From a virus, in IMG/VR virus record IMGVR_UViG_3300048915_000091: a stretch of DNA of 44,849 bases, one strand, 5' to 3'. Each line of letters opens with the position of its first letter. Positions within the stretch are counted from its first letter, which is position 1. The translations under genes and the position numbers were made by a program. Of the stretch, positions 6,793 through 15,220 are shown one piece after another. The notes beneath the pieces were generated by a model, which was not told where the DNA came from, ran no database searches, and saw only the letters and a program-made list of their open reading frames with translations.

Positions 6793-7461
6793 ATGAACAG
6801 AATTACCGCCGAAGGCTTCGACTATCAGGGCGAAGCCGATAAAACGTGTTCGATCGAATGGGGCGCGCACAAGGTCAATCGCGCGGACTTCCTTGCGCAG
6901 CTTCGGGTTTTCGCCGTAACCGCGCAAATCCTGAACCTTTATAAGAAGCTTCTCTTTCGCGGCAAGCTGCCTGAAGACGTTGGATTGCTTCAGCCGTCGA
7001 ATGCGGCGAGCCTTTTGGACTTCATTCCCGACGCCGACGTTGATCTTGTCCATGGGATCGTCGGCATTGCGACCGAAGCGGGCGAAGCCGTCGAAATCCT
7101 TATTGCGATGATCGAAGGCACGCCGCCCGATCGCGTCAACGCCGTTGAAGAAGCGGGCGATCTTCGTTGGTATATCAACCGCGTGCTTCGTTGGGCGAAC
7201 GTTACCGACGAAGAATGCGAGCGCGCGAACATCGCCAAGCTTCACGGGCGCGGCTTCGCCTTCGGCTTCAATGCCCAGGCGGATAGCAACCGCGACCTTC
7301 AGGCCGAACGCGCGATCTTGGAAAGCGCGACGCTGCCCGGCATTGTCGAACCGCGTACGTCCGATATGGCCGATATGTGCGACGCGGAACGCGCGGGCTA
7401 TCGCGACCCCATGCTTCGGCTTCCGTCGGGCGTGTACGGCGATGAACCCGGCAATGGGTAA
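6793..7461 (+). CDS. mazG: MazG-like nucleoside triphosphate pyrophosphohydrolase
   Basis: Internal ATG of track ORF 6535..7461, after the terminator. HGIVGIATEAGEAVEIL...NAVEEAGDLRWYINRVL fits the all-alpha MazG EEXX(E/D) motifs (EAGE ... EE.GD..WY). Confidence 0.75.
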   Translation: MNRITAEGFDYQGEADKTCSIEWGAHKVNRADFLAQLRVFAVTAQILNLYKKLLFRGKLPEDVGLLQPSNAASLLDFIPDADVDLVHGIVGIATEAGEAVEILIAMIEGTPPDRVNAVEEAGDLRWYINRVLRWANVTDEECERANIAKLHGRGFAFGFNAQADSNRDLQAERAILESATLPGIVEPRTSDMADMCDAERAGYRDPMLRLPSGVYGDEPGNG

Positions 7462-7645
7462 GCTTCGGCGCATTATGGACGCCTTGCGGCTGCGCAGGGC
7501 GTCCAAGGGGGTCAGCGCGCCCGAACAGGCCCCCAAGCCGCCCCAGGCGCCGCCTTGCACCGCTCGCGCGCCCGACGGGGGCGTTCGGCGTCGGTACATG
7601 AAACAAGCCGATTGATCGTCGTCGCCGAATGCGGTAAGCATTTGT

Positions 7646-7664
7646 AAAGGAAACCGGGCAAATG
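7646..7664 (+). promoter_or_regulatory. Start-associated sequence AAAGGAAACCGGGCAAATG
   Basis: Member of the conserved SD-spacer-ATG family. Confidence 0.6.
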
Positions 7665-7991
7665 ATCGAAGACGACGACCTAAAGCGCACGATCGGCGCC
7701 GTCATGCACGACGGCAATTTGTGGGCATTCCTGCCCGACGGCTCGATTGTCCAGGCGGCAGGCGACGGGGCCGATCCCCGATACCGCAACCTTCGGAACG
7801 CTTCGCTTGTCATGTACCACACCCTAAGCAATGCCGAAGGTTGGATTGAAAAGCTGATTACATGGCTTGAAGCGGCAGGCGCCGAAGATGCGGTGGACGG
7901 AACGTTGAAGATGCAAGCTGCAATCAGCGTAACCCGTCGCATCGCTCGCGAAGGCTTGGAAACTTTAGCTGTGGATAAAAAAGACGATTGA
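7662..7991 (+). CDS. Hypothetical protein (109 aa)
   Basis: Track ORF preceded by the start-associated sequence. Confidence 0.6.
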   Translation: MIEDDDLKRTIGAVMHDGNLWAFLPDGSIVQAAGDGADPRYRNLRNASLVMYHTLSNAEGWIEKLITWLEAAGAEDAVDGTLKMQAAISVTRRIAREGLETLAVDKKDD

Positions 7992-8016
7992 CATTCGCCG
8001 TAACCGTCGCTTATGT
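7988..8016 (+). promoter_or_regulatory. Sigma70-like promoter TTGACA-N17-TTATGT
   Basis: TTGACA at 7988-7993, a 17-nt spacer ending CCGTCGC, and TTATGT at 8011-8016. Upstream of the 8072 gene. Confidence 0.45.
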
Positions 8017-8071
8017 CGGTTTCGGCTTAACCGGGCACGGTTGCCCACAACAGCAAACGAAGGAAAGTCAA

Positions 8072-8629
8072 ATGGCAAAAATTTCGAAGGCAAATTTGAC
8101 GCTTCTCGCGTCGATCGTCGCCGCCATGCAGATTGAAGCGACCCCGTATGCAATGCTTACGGAAGCCGAGATTGCCGGGCTGGCGAGGGAGGGACTTGTC
8201 GAAACCAATGCCGAAATTCGCGACGGTGAAAAGGTCGCGGTTCGTGCAACCGACAAGGGGATTACCGTGAACAACGAAAACACCGCTTCGACCGATACTG
8301 CCGCCCATGCTGCCGCCCCCGTCGCCATGCCGTCGACCTTCGTTACCGGATCGGGCTTCGTTCCGTCGCAGTCGCGCGGCGGTCGCGGTCGCAGTCTGTA
8401 CGACTTCGACAGCCTTGCCGTCGGCGGCTTTATCTTCGTTCCGGCGACCGAAGCCAAGCCGAACCCGGCGAAGTCGCTCGCTTCGACCGTTTCCAGCGCG
8501 ACGAAGCGCAGCAAGCCGAAGAAGTTCGGCGTCCAGTCGGTCGAAGCTGGCAAGGTGTACGGCGAATTCACCGCTCCCGCGAACGGCGCCGTGATCTATC
8601 GCGCTGCCGACGAAGCCGCTGCCGCCTAA
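8072..8629 (+). CDS. Hypothetical protein (185 aa) in its own transcription unit
   Basis: Internal ATG of track ORF 7988..8629, after GAAGGAAAGTCAA. This is the same strong initiation region as the head and SSB genes. Own promoter and a strong terminator. Confidence 0.7.
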   Translation: MAKISKANLTLLASIVAAMQIEATPYAMLTEAEIAGLAREGLVETNAEIRDGEKVAVRATDKGITVNNENTASTDTAAHAAAPVAMPSTFVTGSGFVPSQSRGGRGRSLYDFDSLAVGGFIFVPATEAKPNPAKSLASTVSSATKRSKPKKFGVQSVEAGKVYGEFTAPANGAVIYRAADEAAAA

Positions 8630-8654
8630 CCAACGGCTCGCCGAAAAAATAGGG

Positions 8655-8691
8655 AACCCCCGGCGGTTTTAACCGTTGGGGGTTTCTTTTT
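8655..8691 (+). terminator. Rho-independent terminator (A-tract upstream, possibly bidirectional)
   Basis: AACCCCCGGCGG-TTTTAA-CCGTTGGGGGTT 12-bp stem followed by TCTTTTTG. Confidence 0.85.
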
Positions 8692-8738
8692 GCCTGCCGT
8701 TTTGACATACCTTGCCAAACAGGGCGGCGGGGCGCGTT

Positions 8739-8954
8739 ATGGATAGTTCGGGTTCGACTTTTTCAACCGATTTCGCAAGAGAAGCGGCGTTCGGAACTCC
8801 CGTCGTTGCGGCGGCAGCTTGGACAATGAACGACGTTTTAATATACGTTTCGATTGCGTACGTACTTCTTCAAACGGCCTATCTTCTTTGGAAATGGTCG
8901 GGCGAATACAAGGCGCGCAAGGCTGCGAAAGCGGGCGGCAATGCAACGGCCTGA
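8739..8954 (+). CDS. Pinholin-like holin (71 aa)
   Basis: Internal ATG of track ORF 8712..8954. It has a weak Ala/Gly-rich TMD (AAFGTPVVAAAAWTM), a strong TMD (VLIYVSIAYVLLQTAYLLW) and a basic tail. It lies immediately upstream of the SAR endolysin and overlaps it. Confidence 0.6.
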   Translation: MDSSGSTFSTDFAREAAFGTPVVAAAAWTMNDVLIYVSIAYVLLQTAYLLWKWSGEYKARKAAKAGGNATA

Positions 8955-9558
8955 ACTTCCGCCGTCGGGCAAAGCAACGCTTGTCGGGATCGTCGGAACC
9001 GCCGTTGCGCTCGCGCTTGGCATGGCCATTCCGGCAAACGAAAGCGGTCGCAGCGTTCGCGCCGAAGTCACAACCGACGGGCACCTTCAGCTAACCCATT
9101 TAAGCGGCAAGCAATACCTTCGCGCGTACCTTGACGTTGTGAATGTCGCAACGGCTTGCGATGGTTTGACGCGATATCAAGGTAAGCCGATCAAGGTCGG
9201 CGATCGGTTTACCGAAGCGCAATGCGTATCGATGCTTGAAGCCGAGTTGACCGAAACCGCGCGCGGCGTCATGGCGTGTTCGCCGGGGCTGGCGCTATCT
9301 TCGAACTTGACAAGCGAAACCATGCGGCAGGGGCCGCGCTTCGCTGCCGTATCGCTCGCGTACAACGTCGGCGTTCCGACCTATTGCAAGTCGACCGCTC
9401 GCGCTCGCTTCAACGCCGGGGCTTATCCCCAGGGCTGCGAAGCGGTCACTTGGTACAATCGCGCGGGCGGCGTAGTTAGCAAGGGATTAAGCGCGCGGCG
9501 CGCTCGCGAAGCGAATGTATGCCGCAATGGGCTAGGGGTTTTGTATGGTCGACCTTAA
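8941..9558 (+). CDS. SAR endolysin (lysozyme, GH24-like)
   Basis: Internal ATG of track ORF 8854..9558. N-terminal Gly/Ala-rich signal-anchor ATLVGIVGTAVALALGMAIPA. AYLDVVNVATACDG...FAAVSLAYNVG...GLSARRAREANVC follows the phage T4/lambda-R-type lysozyme pattern. Confidence 0.75.
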   Translation: MQRPELPPSGKATLVGIVGTAVALALGMAIPANESGRSVRAEVTTDGHLQLTHLSGKQYLRAYLDVVNVATACDGLTRYQGKPIKVGDRFTEAQCVSMLEAELTETARGVMACSPGLALSSNLTSETMRQGPRFAAVSLAYNVGVPTYCKSTARARFNAGAYPQGCEAVTWYNRAGGVVSKGLSARRAREANVCRNGLGVLYGRP

Positions 9559-9649
9559 CACGATTTACCGTTGCCTTTTCGCGGTAATTGGCATCGGCGT
9601 TGCTATCGTCGGCGGCATGGCCGAAGGGTTGATAAAATGGCATATGTAA
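9545..9649 (+). CDS. Tiny membrane peptide (34 aa), speculative
   Basis: Read by eye: MVDLNTIYRCLFAVIGIGVAIVGGMAEGLIKWHM. It overlaps the endolysin end and the i-spanin start. Confidence 0.25.
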   Translation: MVDLNTIYRCLFAVIGIGVAIVGGMAEGLIKWHM

Positions 9650-10026
9650 AGCTTGCGCTGAAGTTCGGCCCTTACGTCGTAATCGCCGCTTTGATCGCGC
9701 TTGTCCTTTGGTATCGCGGCGACATGGCCAAGGCGAACGGCGATAAGCACGCATTGGCCGTCGAACTTCAAAGCGCAATTGACGCGAACAAGGAAGCGCA
9801 AAAGACGGTGGACGCCGTTCGTGCGCAACGTGTTGACAACGACGCAATCGCCGAAGCGGTCGCAAACAAGCTAGAAACCAACCGGGCGTTATTCGATCGG
9901 CGCACGGTCCTATTGAGGGAAGCGCGCAATGATCCGCAAGTTCGCAGTTGGGCTGATACTCCCGTTCCTGGCAGCGTGCGGGCCGCGCTTGCCGCCCCCG
10001 GTGAAGTACGCCAGCCGCCCCGCTGA
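9637..10026 (+). CDS. i-spanin (Rz-like)
   Basis: Internal ATG of track ORF 9571..10026. N-terminal TMD FGPYVVIAALIALVLW followed by a coiled-coil-like periplasmic domain. The o-spanin gene overlaps its 3-prime end. Confidence 0.7.
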   Translation: MAYVKLALKFGPYVVIAALIALVLWYRGDMAKANGDKHALAVELQSAIDANKEAQKTVDAVRAQRVDNDAIAEAVANKLETNRALFDRRTVLLREARNDPQVRSWADTPVPGSVRAALAAPGEVRQPPR

Positions 10027-10207
10027 TTTGCCCGACGCGGCCCTTGTGGCGCCGTGCGACACGTCCGACCGCGATGTACCGACCAACGGCGATCTAGCGG
10101 ACGAATTGAACCGCACGCGGCGGCAGCGCAACGATTGTGCGACCAATGTCGACGGGCTTAGGCAATGGCGAGCCGACGCGCTGAAGCGGTCCGAAGTCGA
10201 CAAGTGA
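9929..10207 (+). CDS. o-spanin (Rz1-like lipoprotein)
   Basis: Track ORF. Signal peptide with lipobox LAAC (MIRKFAVGLILPFLAACG) and a Pro-rich mature part. It starts in the +1 frame inside the i-spanin gene. Confidence 0.75.
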   Translation: MIRKFAVGLILPFLAACGPRLPPPVKYASRPADLPDAALVAPCDTSDRDVPTNGDLADELNRTRRQRNDCATNVDGLRQWRADALKRSEVDK

Positions 10208-10208
10208 A

Positions 10209-10376
10209 ATGGAATACGCAAGCACGATCGAAGCCGCTTTTCGGCTTGATCCTGAAAAGCCCGGCACCGTCCGGCTTTTGCGCGAAATCTTGTCCGCCGT
10301 TTGCGCAATCCCAATGCCAGACGAAAAGCCGCCCATTGTGGGCAACAGGCTAGACCTTCGTAAAAGTATCGGTTAA
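10209..10376 (+). CDS. Hypothetical small protein (55 aa)
   Basis: Read by eye: MEYASTIEAAFRLDPEKPGTVRLLREILSAVCAIPMPDEKPPIVGNRLDLRKSIG. Confidence 0.3.
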   Translation: MEYASTIEAAFRLDPEKPGTVRLLREILSAVCAIPMPDEKPPIVGNRLDLRKSIG

Positions 10377-10386
10377 CGTCGCCTTT

Positions 10387-10917
10387 ATGTCATGGGAACG
10401 CGTACCTCCGCCGATCTTTGAAGGCGAAGACGAATTGCAGTTGAAGCTGCAATTCGCCGGGATTGTTGCGCGTAATCCGAATGCCAAGCTAACCGCCGGA
10501 TATACCGTCTTTCCAGGGCAAGACAATTACGGGCGAGCGATGCAAGCCCAGGCTTGGCTTTCCGATCCGATCGTTCAGGAAGAAATCGCCCGCATTCGCG
10601 ATGGCGACCCGAAGTCGTTCGTACCTGAACAAGACGCCAAGGTTGAACAAGTCGCTTGGGAAATCGCTGAAGACAGACAGATTGAACCGAAGGATCGTAT
10701 CGCAGCTTTGAAGCTGATTGCCGACGTTCGAGGCATGATCCAAAAGGGCGGAACAAACGTAACGATCGCGCAAGACAACCGCGTTGTTCACGTATTGCGC
10801 GTACCGGCTCGCGACGTAACGCCCGAAGACGACGCCGACTTTGATCAGCGTTTTTACGCACAACAAACCGCACTAATCGCTAATGCCAAATCCAGCCGCC
10901 CCGCCGCTGCGGGATAA
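10387..10917 (+). CDS. terS: Terminase small subunit
   Basis: Track ORF directly upstream of TerL and overlapping it. KDRIAALKLIADVRGMI is typical of small terminase C-terminal regions. Confidence 0.65.
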   Translation: MSWERVPPPIFEGEDELQLKLQFAGIVARNPNAKLTAGYTVFPGQDNYGRAMQAQAWLSDPIVQEEIARIRDGDPKSFVPEQDAKVEQVAWEIAEDRQIEPKDRIAALKLIADVRGMIQKGGTNVTIAQDNRVVHVLRVPARDVTPEDDADFDQRFYAQQTALIANAKSSRPAAAG

Positions 10918-12529
10918 ATGGGGCACGCCCGTTAAGGCAGCAATCGCAGCCGTTGCCTTGGGCGCGAGCGCGTCGGCTGCCGCAATGGACGCGGCGCCCC
11001 CAGGCGTGACATACGAAGACGGTTGGGCGTTTCTTCCTGGCACAAGCCAAGAATACGCATTTCGCACGAATGCGAACCATATCCTTTATCACGGCACGCG
11101 CGGCCCTGGCAAAACCGATTGCCAGCTTGCGCGCTTCGCTTCGAACGTCGGGCGCGGTTACGGTTCGTACTGGCGAGGGGTTATCTTCGATCGCAAGTAT
11201 AAGAACCTAGATGATCTTATCATTAAGTCGAAACGTATCTTCAAAAAGATATTCGGCGATCGTTGTAAGTTCCTTGAAAGCAAGGGCGATTACAAGTGGG
11301 TTTGGGATACCGGCGAAGAACTCATGTTTCGCCAGTTCCTGAAGGCGGACGATTATTGGAACTATCACGGGCAAGAATTCCCGTTCATCGGCTGGAACGA
11401 ACTTTGTAAGTATCCGAATTCCAACGCTTACGATTCGATGATGAGTTGCAACCGTTCGTCTTGGACGCAAGAGAAAGACGGCGTTTACGATCATCAACGG
11501 CGATGCTGGAATTTGCCACCGATCCCGCTTGAAGTCTTTTCGACGACGAACCCTTACGGGCCGGGGCACAATTGGGTTAAGGCGAAGTTTATTGACGTTG
11601 CGCCGGTCGGGCGCGTGTTCATTACCGAAGTCAAGGTATTCGATCCGCGTACGAAGCAAGATATCGTCGTTAGACGAAAACAAGTTGCGATATTCGGTTC
11701 GTACAAGGAAAACCCTTATCTTGATCCGCTATACGTCGCCGAACTCGAAAGCATAACCGACGAAAACAAGCGAGCGGCTTGGCTTGAAGGCGATTGGGAT
11801 ATTGTCGCGGGCGGCGCGATAGACGACGTTTGGCGCAAGCATATCCACATCCTGCCCAGGTTCGCCATTCCCGAAAGCTGGCGCGTCGACCGGGCGCTTG
11901 ATTGGGGTTCATCGCATCCTTGTTCCATCGGATGGTTCGCCGAAGCAAACGGCGAGGAAGCGACGATTGAATACGATAACGGCACGTCGGTTCCTTTCTG
12001 CCCGCCGCCCGGTACGCTTATTCAGATTGGCGAGTTGTACCTAACTGAAAAACTCGGCTCTAATGTGGGCTTGCGGTTGTCGGCGCCTTCGGTTGCTGAA
12101 CGTATTCGCGAATACGAAATTAAGCTGTTAGCTGAAGGTTGGATTGAAGAACAGCCTTGGCCCGGTCCTGCCGACAACCAAATACGCGACGTACGCGAAG
12201 CCGACGTTGACACGATCGAAAAGAAGTTCAGCGACAACGGCGTACGTTGGGAGCGTTCCGACAAATCCCCAGGTTCGCGAAAGAACGGCCTTCAGCTTAT
12301 CCGCGATCGGCTTGAAGCTGCGATGAAAGGCAAGGAAGAAGCCCGGTTGTATTTTATGGACAATTGCCGGGCAACAATCGCGACTTTGCCCACACTTCCG
12401 CGCGACGAAGACGATCCCGACGACGTTGACACAGAAGCCGAAGATCATGCATATGACATGATACGATATCGCGTCCTGAAGGGCGCTAACCGCCTCGCGA
12501 AGAAGCTTAAGGCCCATTGGCCGGGCTAG
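10883..12529 (+). CDS. terL: Terminase large subunit
   Basis: Track ORF of 548 aa. Walker A HGTRGPGKT, an ATPase-then-nuclease layout and an acidic C-terminus. An alternative start is the ATG at 10985. Confidence 0.9.
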   Translation: MPNPAAPPLRDKWGTPVKAAIAAVALGASASAAAMDAAPPGVTYEDGWAFLPGTSQEYAFRTNANHILYHGTRGPGKTDCQLARFASNVGRGYGSYWRGVIFDRKYKNLDDLIIKSKRIFKKIFGDRCKFLESKGDYKWVWDTGEELMFRQFLKADDYWNYHGQEFPFIGWNELCKYPNSNAYDSMMSCNRSSWTQEKDGVYDHQRRCWNLPPIPLEVFSTTNPYGPGHNWVKAKFIDVAPVGRVFITEVKVFDPRTKQDIVVRRKQVAIFGSYKENPYLDPLYVAELESITDENKRAAWLEGDWDIVAGGAIDDVWRKHIHILPRFAIPESWRVDRALDWGSSHPCSIGWFAEANGEEATIEYDNGTSVPFCPPPGTLIQIGELYLTEKLGSNVGLRLSAPSVAERIREYEIKLLAEGWIEEQPWPGPADNQIRDVREADVDTIEKKFSDNGVRWERSDKSPGSRKNGLQLIRDRLEAAMKGKEEARLYFMDNCRATIATLPTLPRDEDDPDDVDTEAEDHAYDMIRYRVLKGANRLAKKLKAHWPG

Positions 12530-12552
12530 GCGAGCAATCAGGGGTTAACCGA

Positions 12553-14070
12553 ATGCCGAACGTCGTTTTCGTCCATCCCTTGGTTCGCACTTTGCTGCCG
12601 TCGTACGATCTAATTCGCGATTGCTTGGCAGGCGAGTTGACCGTTAAGAAGCGTCGCGAAAAGTATTTGCCGAAGCCTAATGCGGAAGACACTAGCGACG
12701 CAAACGGGAAGCGTTATAACGGATACCTAACGCGCGCCGTATTCTATAACGTTGCGCAGCGAACCCTTGCCGGACTTGTCGGGCAAGTCTTTCTTCGCGA
12801 TCCGACCGTTACCCTTCCGACGCAACTTAGCGTGCTGGAAACCGACGCAACTGGAAGCGGCATTTCGCTTGACCAGCTTGCCCAGGCAGCGACCGGCTTC
12901 GGTATTAGCCACGGGCGTTGCGGCTTGTACGTCGATTATCCGGCGGTCGACCTTGTGACAACCGACGAAGCCTTGGGCGAAGTTCCCGCGTTCACCGTCG
13001 CCGATCTTGAAACCGGCGACATTCGCCCGACGATCAAGCTTGTCGCGCCCTGGGATTGCCTTAACTGGCGCCTGAAGCGGCGAGGGGCAAAGCTTGTCTT
13101 GTCGCTTGTCGTCTTCCGCGAAGATGCGATTATCGAAGACGACGGATTTGAAACAAAGGTTAAGGATCAATGGCGCGTCCTTCGCCTTGACGAAAACGAC
13201 GAATACGTAATCGAAGTTTATCGCAATAAGAACGGCATTGCGCCCGACGAACGGTACGAACCGCGCGATAACCAAGGCAACCGGCTAAAAGACGTTCCGT
13301 TCAGCTTTATCGGCGCGGTCAACAACGATCCGACGCCGGGGCCGATGCCCATGTACGATCTTTGCAGCGTCAATATCGCGCATTATCGTAATTCCGCCGA
13401 TTACGAAGAAGCTGTTTACATGCTTGGGCAACCAACCGCATGGTTCAGTGGCTTGACCGAAGAATGGGTTAAGAACGTAATGGGAGGCACGATCGCGCTT
13501 GGCTCGCGTTCGATTATTCCGCTTCCCGCGTCGTCGTCCGCCGGTTTGCTTCAAGTGCAGCCCAACACTATGGCGAAAGAAGCCATGGATCAAAAGGAAG
13601 CGCAAATGCTCGCGCTTGGCGCGAAGCTTGTCGAAGGCTCGCAAGTTCAGCGTACGGCAACCGAAGCGAACATTGATAACGTTTCGGAAACGTCGGTTTT
13701 GTCGTCGGTTGCAAAGAACGTCGGCGAAGCGTTCGAATGGGCGCTTGGATGGGCCGCAACGTTCGTCGGCGCCGACACAACGACGATCGATTACGATTTG
13801 AACACGGAATTCGATCTAGTTAATCTAACGCCCGAAGAACGTAAGCAATTGCTTGTCGAATGGCAGGCAGGCGGAATTGTCATGGAAGAATACCGCGACA
13901 ACCTTCGCCGGGCTGGCATCGCCTCGCTTGACGACGCGGCGTTTAAGACGAAATCGGCAGCCGAAGAAGCCGATCGCATGGCACAAGCGGTCGAACAAGC
14001 TGCCGCGCTCGCCGCCCCTGGGGGCAATCCGAACAAGACCGATACGCCAGCGACCGGCAACGGTAACTAA
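12553..14070 (+). CDS. Portal protein
   Basis: Internal ATG of track ORF 12517..14070, after AGGGG. About 505 aa, directly after TerL and before a MuF-like gene. N-terminal SYDLIRDCLAGE...YNGYLTRAVFYNV pattern seen in portal families. Confidence 0.8.
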   Translation: MPNVVFVHPLVRTLLPSYDLIRDCLAGELTVKKRREKYLPKPNAEDTSDANGKRYNGYLTRAVFYNVAQRTLAGLVGQVFLRDPTVTLPTQLSVLETDATGSGISLDQLAQAATGFGISHGRCGLYVDYPAVDLVTTDEALGEVPAFTVADLETGDIRPTIKLVAPWDCLNWRLKRRGAKLVLSLVVFREDAIIEDDGFETKVKDQWRVLRLDENDEYVIEVYRNKNGIAPDERYEPRDNQGNRLKDVPFSFIGAVNNDPTPGPMPMYDLCSVNIAHYRNSADYEEAVYMLGQPTAWFSGLTEEWVKNVMGGTIALGSRSIIPLPASSSAGLLQVQPNTMAKEAMDQKEAQMLALGAKLVEGSQVQRTATEANIDNVSETSVLSSVAKNVGEAFEWALGWAATFVGADTTTIDYDLNTEFDLVNLTPEERKQLLVEWQAGGIVMEEYRDNLRRAGIASLDDAAFKTKSAAEEADRMAQAVEQAAALAAPGGNPNKTDTPATGNGN

Positions 14071-14276
14071 TGGGAAAAGCCGAACAAGACGCTTTGAAAT
14101 GGCTTCGCGAACGCGGCGGCGATTGCGCTGTTGCCAAGTCGAAGGCAGGCGGACGCTTCTTCCTGGCGCAAGGCGAAACCGGACCGTTCACATGCGGAAC
14201 CGTTAAAAAGCTTGTCGAAGCGGGTATTGCCGAATTTTACAACGGCAAACAAAGATTGCGATTGGTTTATGGCTGA
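14070..14276 (+). CDS. Hypothetical protein (68 aa)
   Basis: Track ORF. TAATG junction with the portal gene. Confidence 0.45.
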   Translation: MGKAEQDALKWLRERGGDCAVAKSKAGGRFFLAQGETGPFTCGTVKKLVEAGIAEFYNGKQRLRLVYG

Positions 14277-15204
14277 TTTATTCGATATTGTCGTTCGGCG
14301 ACAAATCTACATCGAAGGGCTTAAGCACGCCAAGACCGGCGAATTTGCCGTTATGCTGGCGAAGCTGAGAAGCGAACTCTATAACCGCCTTTCGACCTTT
14401 CAGTACGACGAACTAGGCGACGCGACGAAGGGCGCGCTTAAGGCGTTGATTGCCGATCTTCGCAAGATCGCATCTGATATCTTCGATCCGTATTTGAAGT
14501 CGCTTATCGCATGGCTTGAACGCTTTTGCACGGTCGACGAAGACTTGCTTGCGAAACTGTTCGCGCCTTTCGCGCCGAAGCCGATCGAACGCCCCAATCA
14601 CGATACATTGTGGGCATATATCGTCAATCAACCGCTCGCCGCAACGGGCACCCTGGCATTGCCGTTTTTGACCGCGCAACTTCCGTTGTTGTTCGTCAAG
14701 CTTGAACGTACGACGTTTCAGGCATACGCTAATCGTTCGACGAAAAGCGATTTGATAAAAGCGATCGTCGGTACGCCAAAAGCGGTTAAGCAAGACGGGC
14801 TTATTCGCCAGCTTCAAAACGCCTCGGATGCTGCAAGCGCAACGATCATTCAACACGTTTCAAGCCAAGTCGCGCTAAAGCTAGGTTTGAAGATAACCGA
14901 CGAATACGAATGGGTTTCGGTCCTAGATAGTCACACGACCGAAATTTGCCGATCGCGAAACGGCAACCGCTATAAGTACGGAAAGGGGCCGCTTCCGCCA
15001 GCGCATGTCAATTGTCGGTCGACGACAGTTCCCGTCTTCGCGGATAGCCCGTCTTCGCCGGAAAGCTTTTATGATTGGATCAAGAAACAATCGGACGAAT
15101 TCGTTAGCGACGCCCTAGACGGGCGAAGGGGTTCGATCTATGAACGATCGGCCCCGTTGACGCTTGACGAATACGCGGCAAAGGCGCCTCTAATCGGGCA
15201 ATAA
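14269..15204 (+). CDS. Head morphogenesis protein (Mu F / SPP1 gp7-like)
   Basis: Internal ATG of track ORF 14131..15204. VLDSHTTEICRSRNGNRY...PPAHVNCRSTTVP matches the Phage_Mu_F signature (LD.rT..iC....G..y......PP.H.nCRs). Confidence 0.8.
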   Translation: MADLFDIVVRRQIYIEGLKHAKTGEFAVMLAKLRSELYNRLSTFQYDELGDATKGALKALIADLRKIASDIFDPYLKSLIAWLERFCTVDEDLLAKLFAPFAPKPIERPNHDTLWAYIVNQPLAATGTLALPFLTAQLPLLFVKLERTTFQAYANRSTKSDLIKAIVGTPKAVKQDGLIRQLQNASDAASATIIQHVSSQVALKLGLKITDEYEWVSVLDSHTTEICRSRNGNRYKYGKGPLPPAHVNCRSTTVPVFADSPSSPESFYDWIKKQSDEFVSDALDGRRGSIYERSAPLTLDEYAAKAPLIGQ

Positions 15205-15220
15205 GGAAGGACGAAACAAA

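Noticed and set aside
7145-7615. 156-aa plus-strand ORF overlapping the 3-prime half of the MazG-like gene.
   Set aside because: It is out of frame with a motif-supported gene, has basic low-complexity translation and has no ribosome-binding site. Only its last 46 codons lie in intergenic DNA, and support for those is weak.
6619-7641. 340-aa minus-strand ORF antisense to the MazG-like gene. Similar long antisense ORFs lie at 3646..4608, 16499..17524, 19640..20602 and 22210..22929.
   Set aside because: They lie opposite well-supported, motif-bearing plus-strand genes and have no SD-like sequences. They translate to Arg/Ala/Pro-rich low-complexity strings typical of shadow frames in GC-biased coding DNA.
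10165-10353. 62-aa track ORF between the spanins and TerS.
   Set aside because: It overlaps the o-spanin 3-prime end out of frame and lacks an SD. The alternative 55-aa frame (10209-10376) starting right after the spanin stop is slightly more plausible, but it is also weak.
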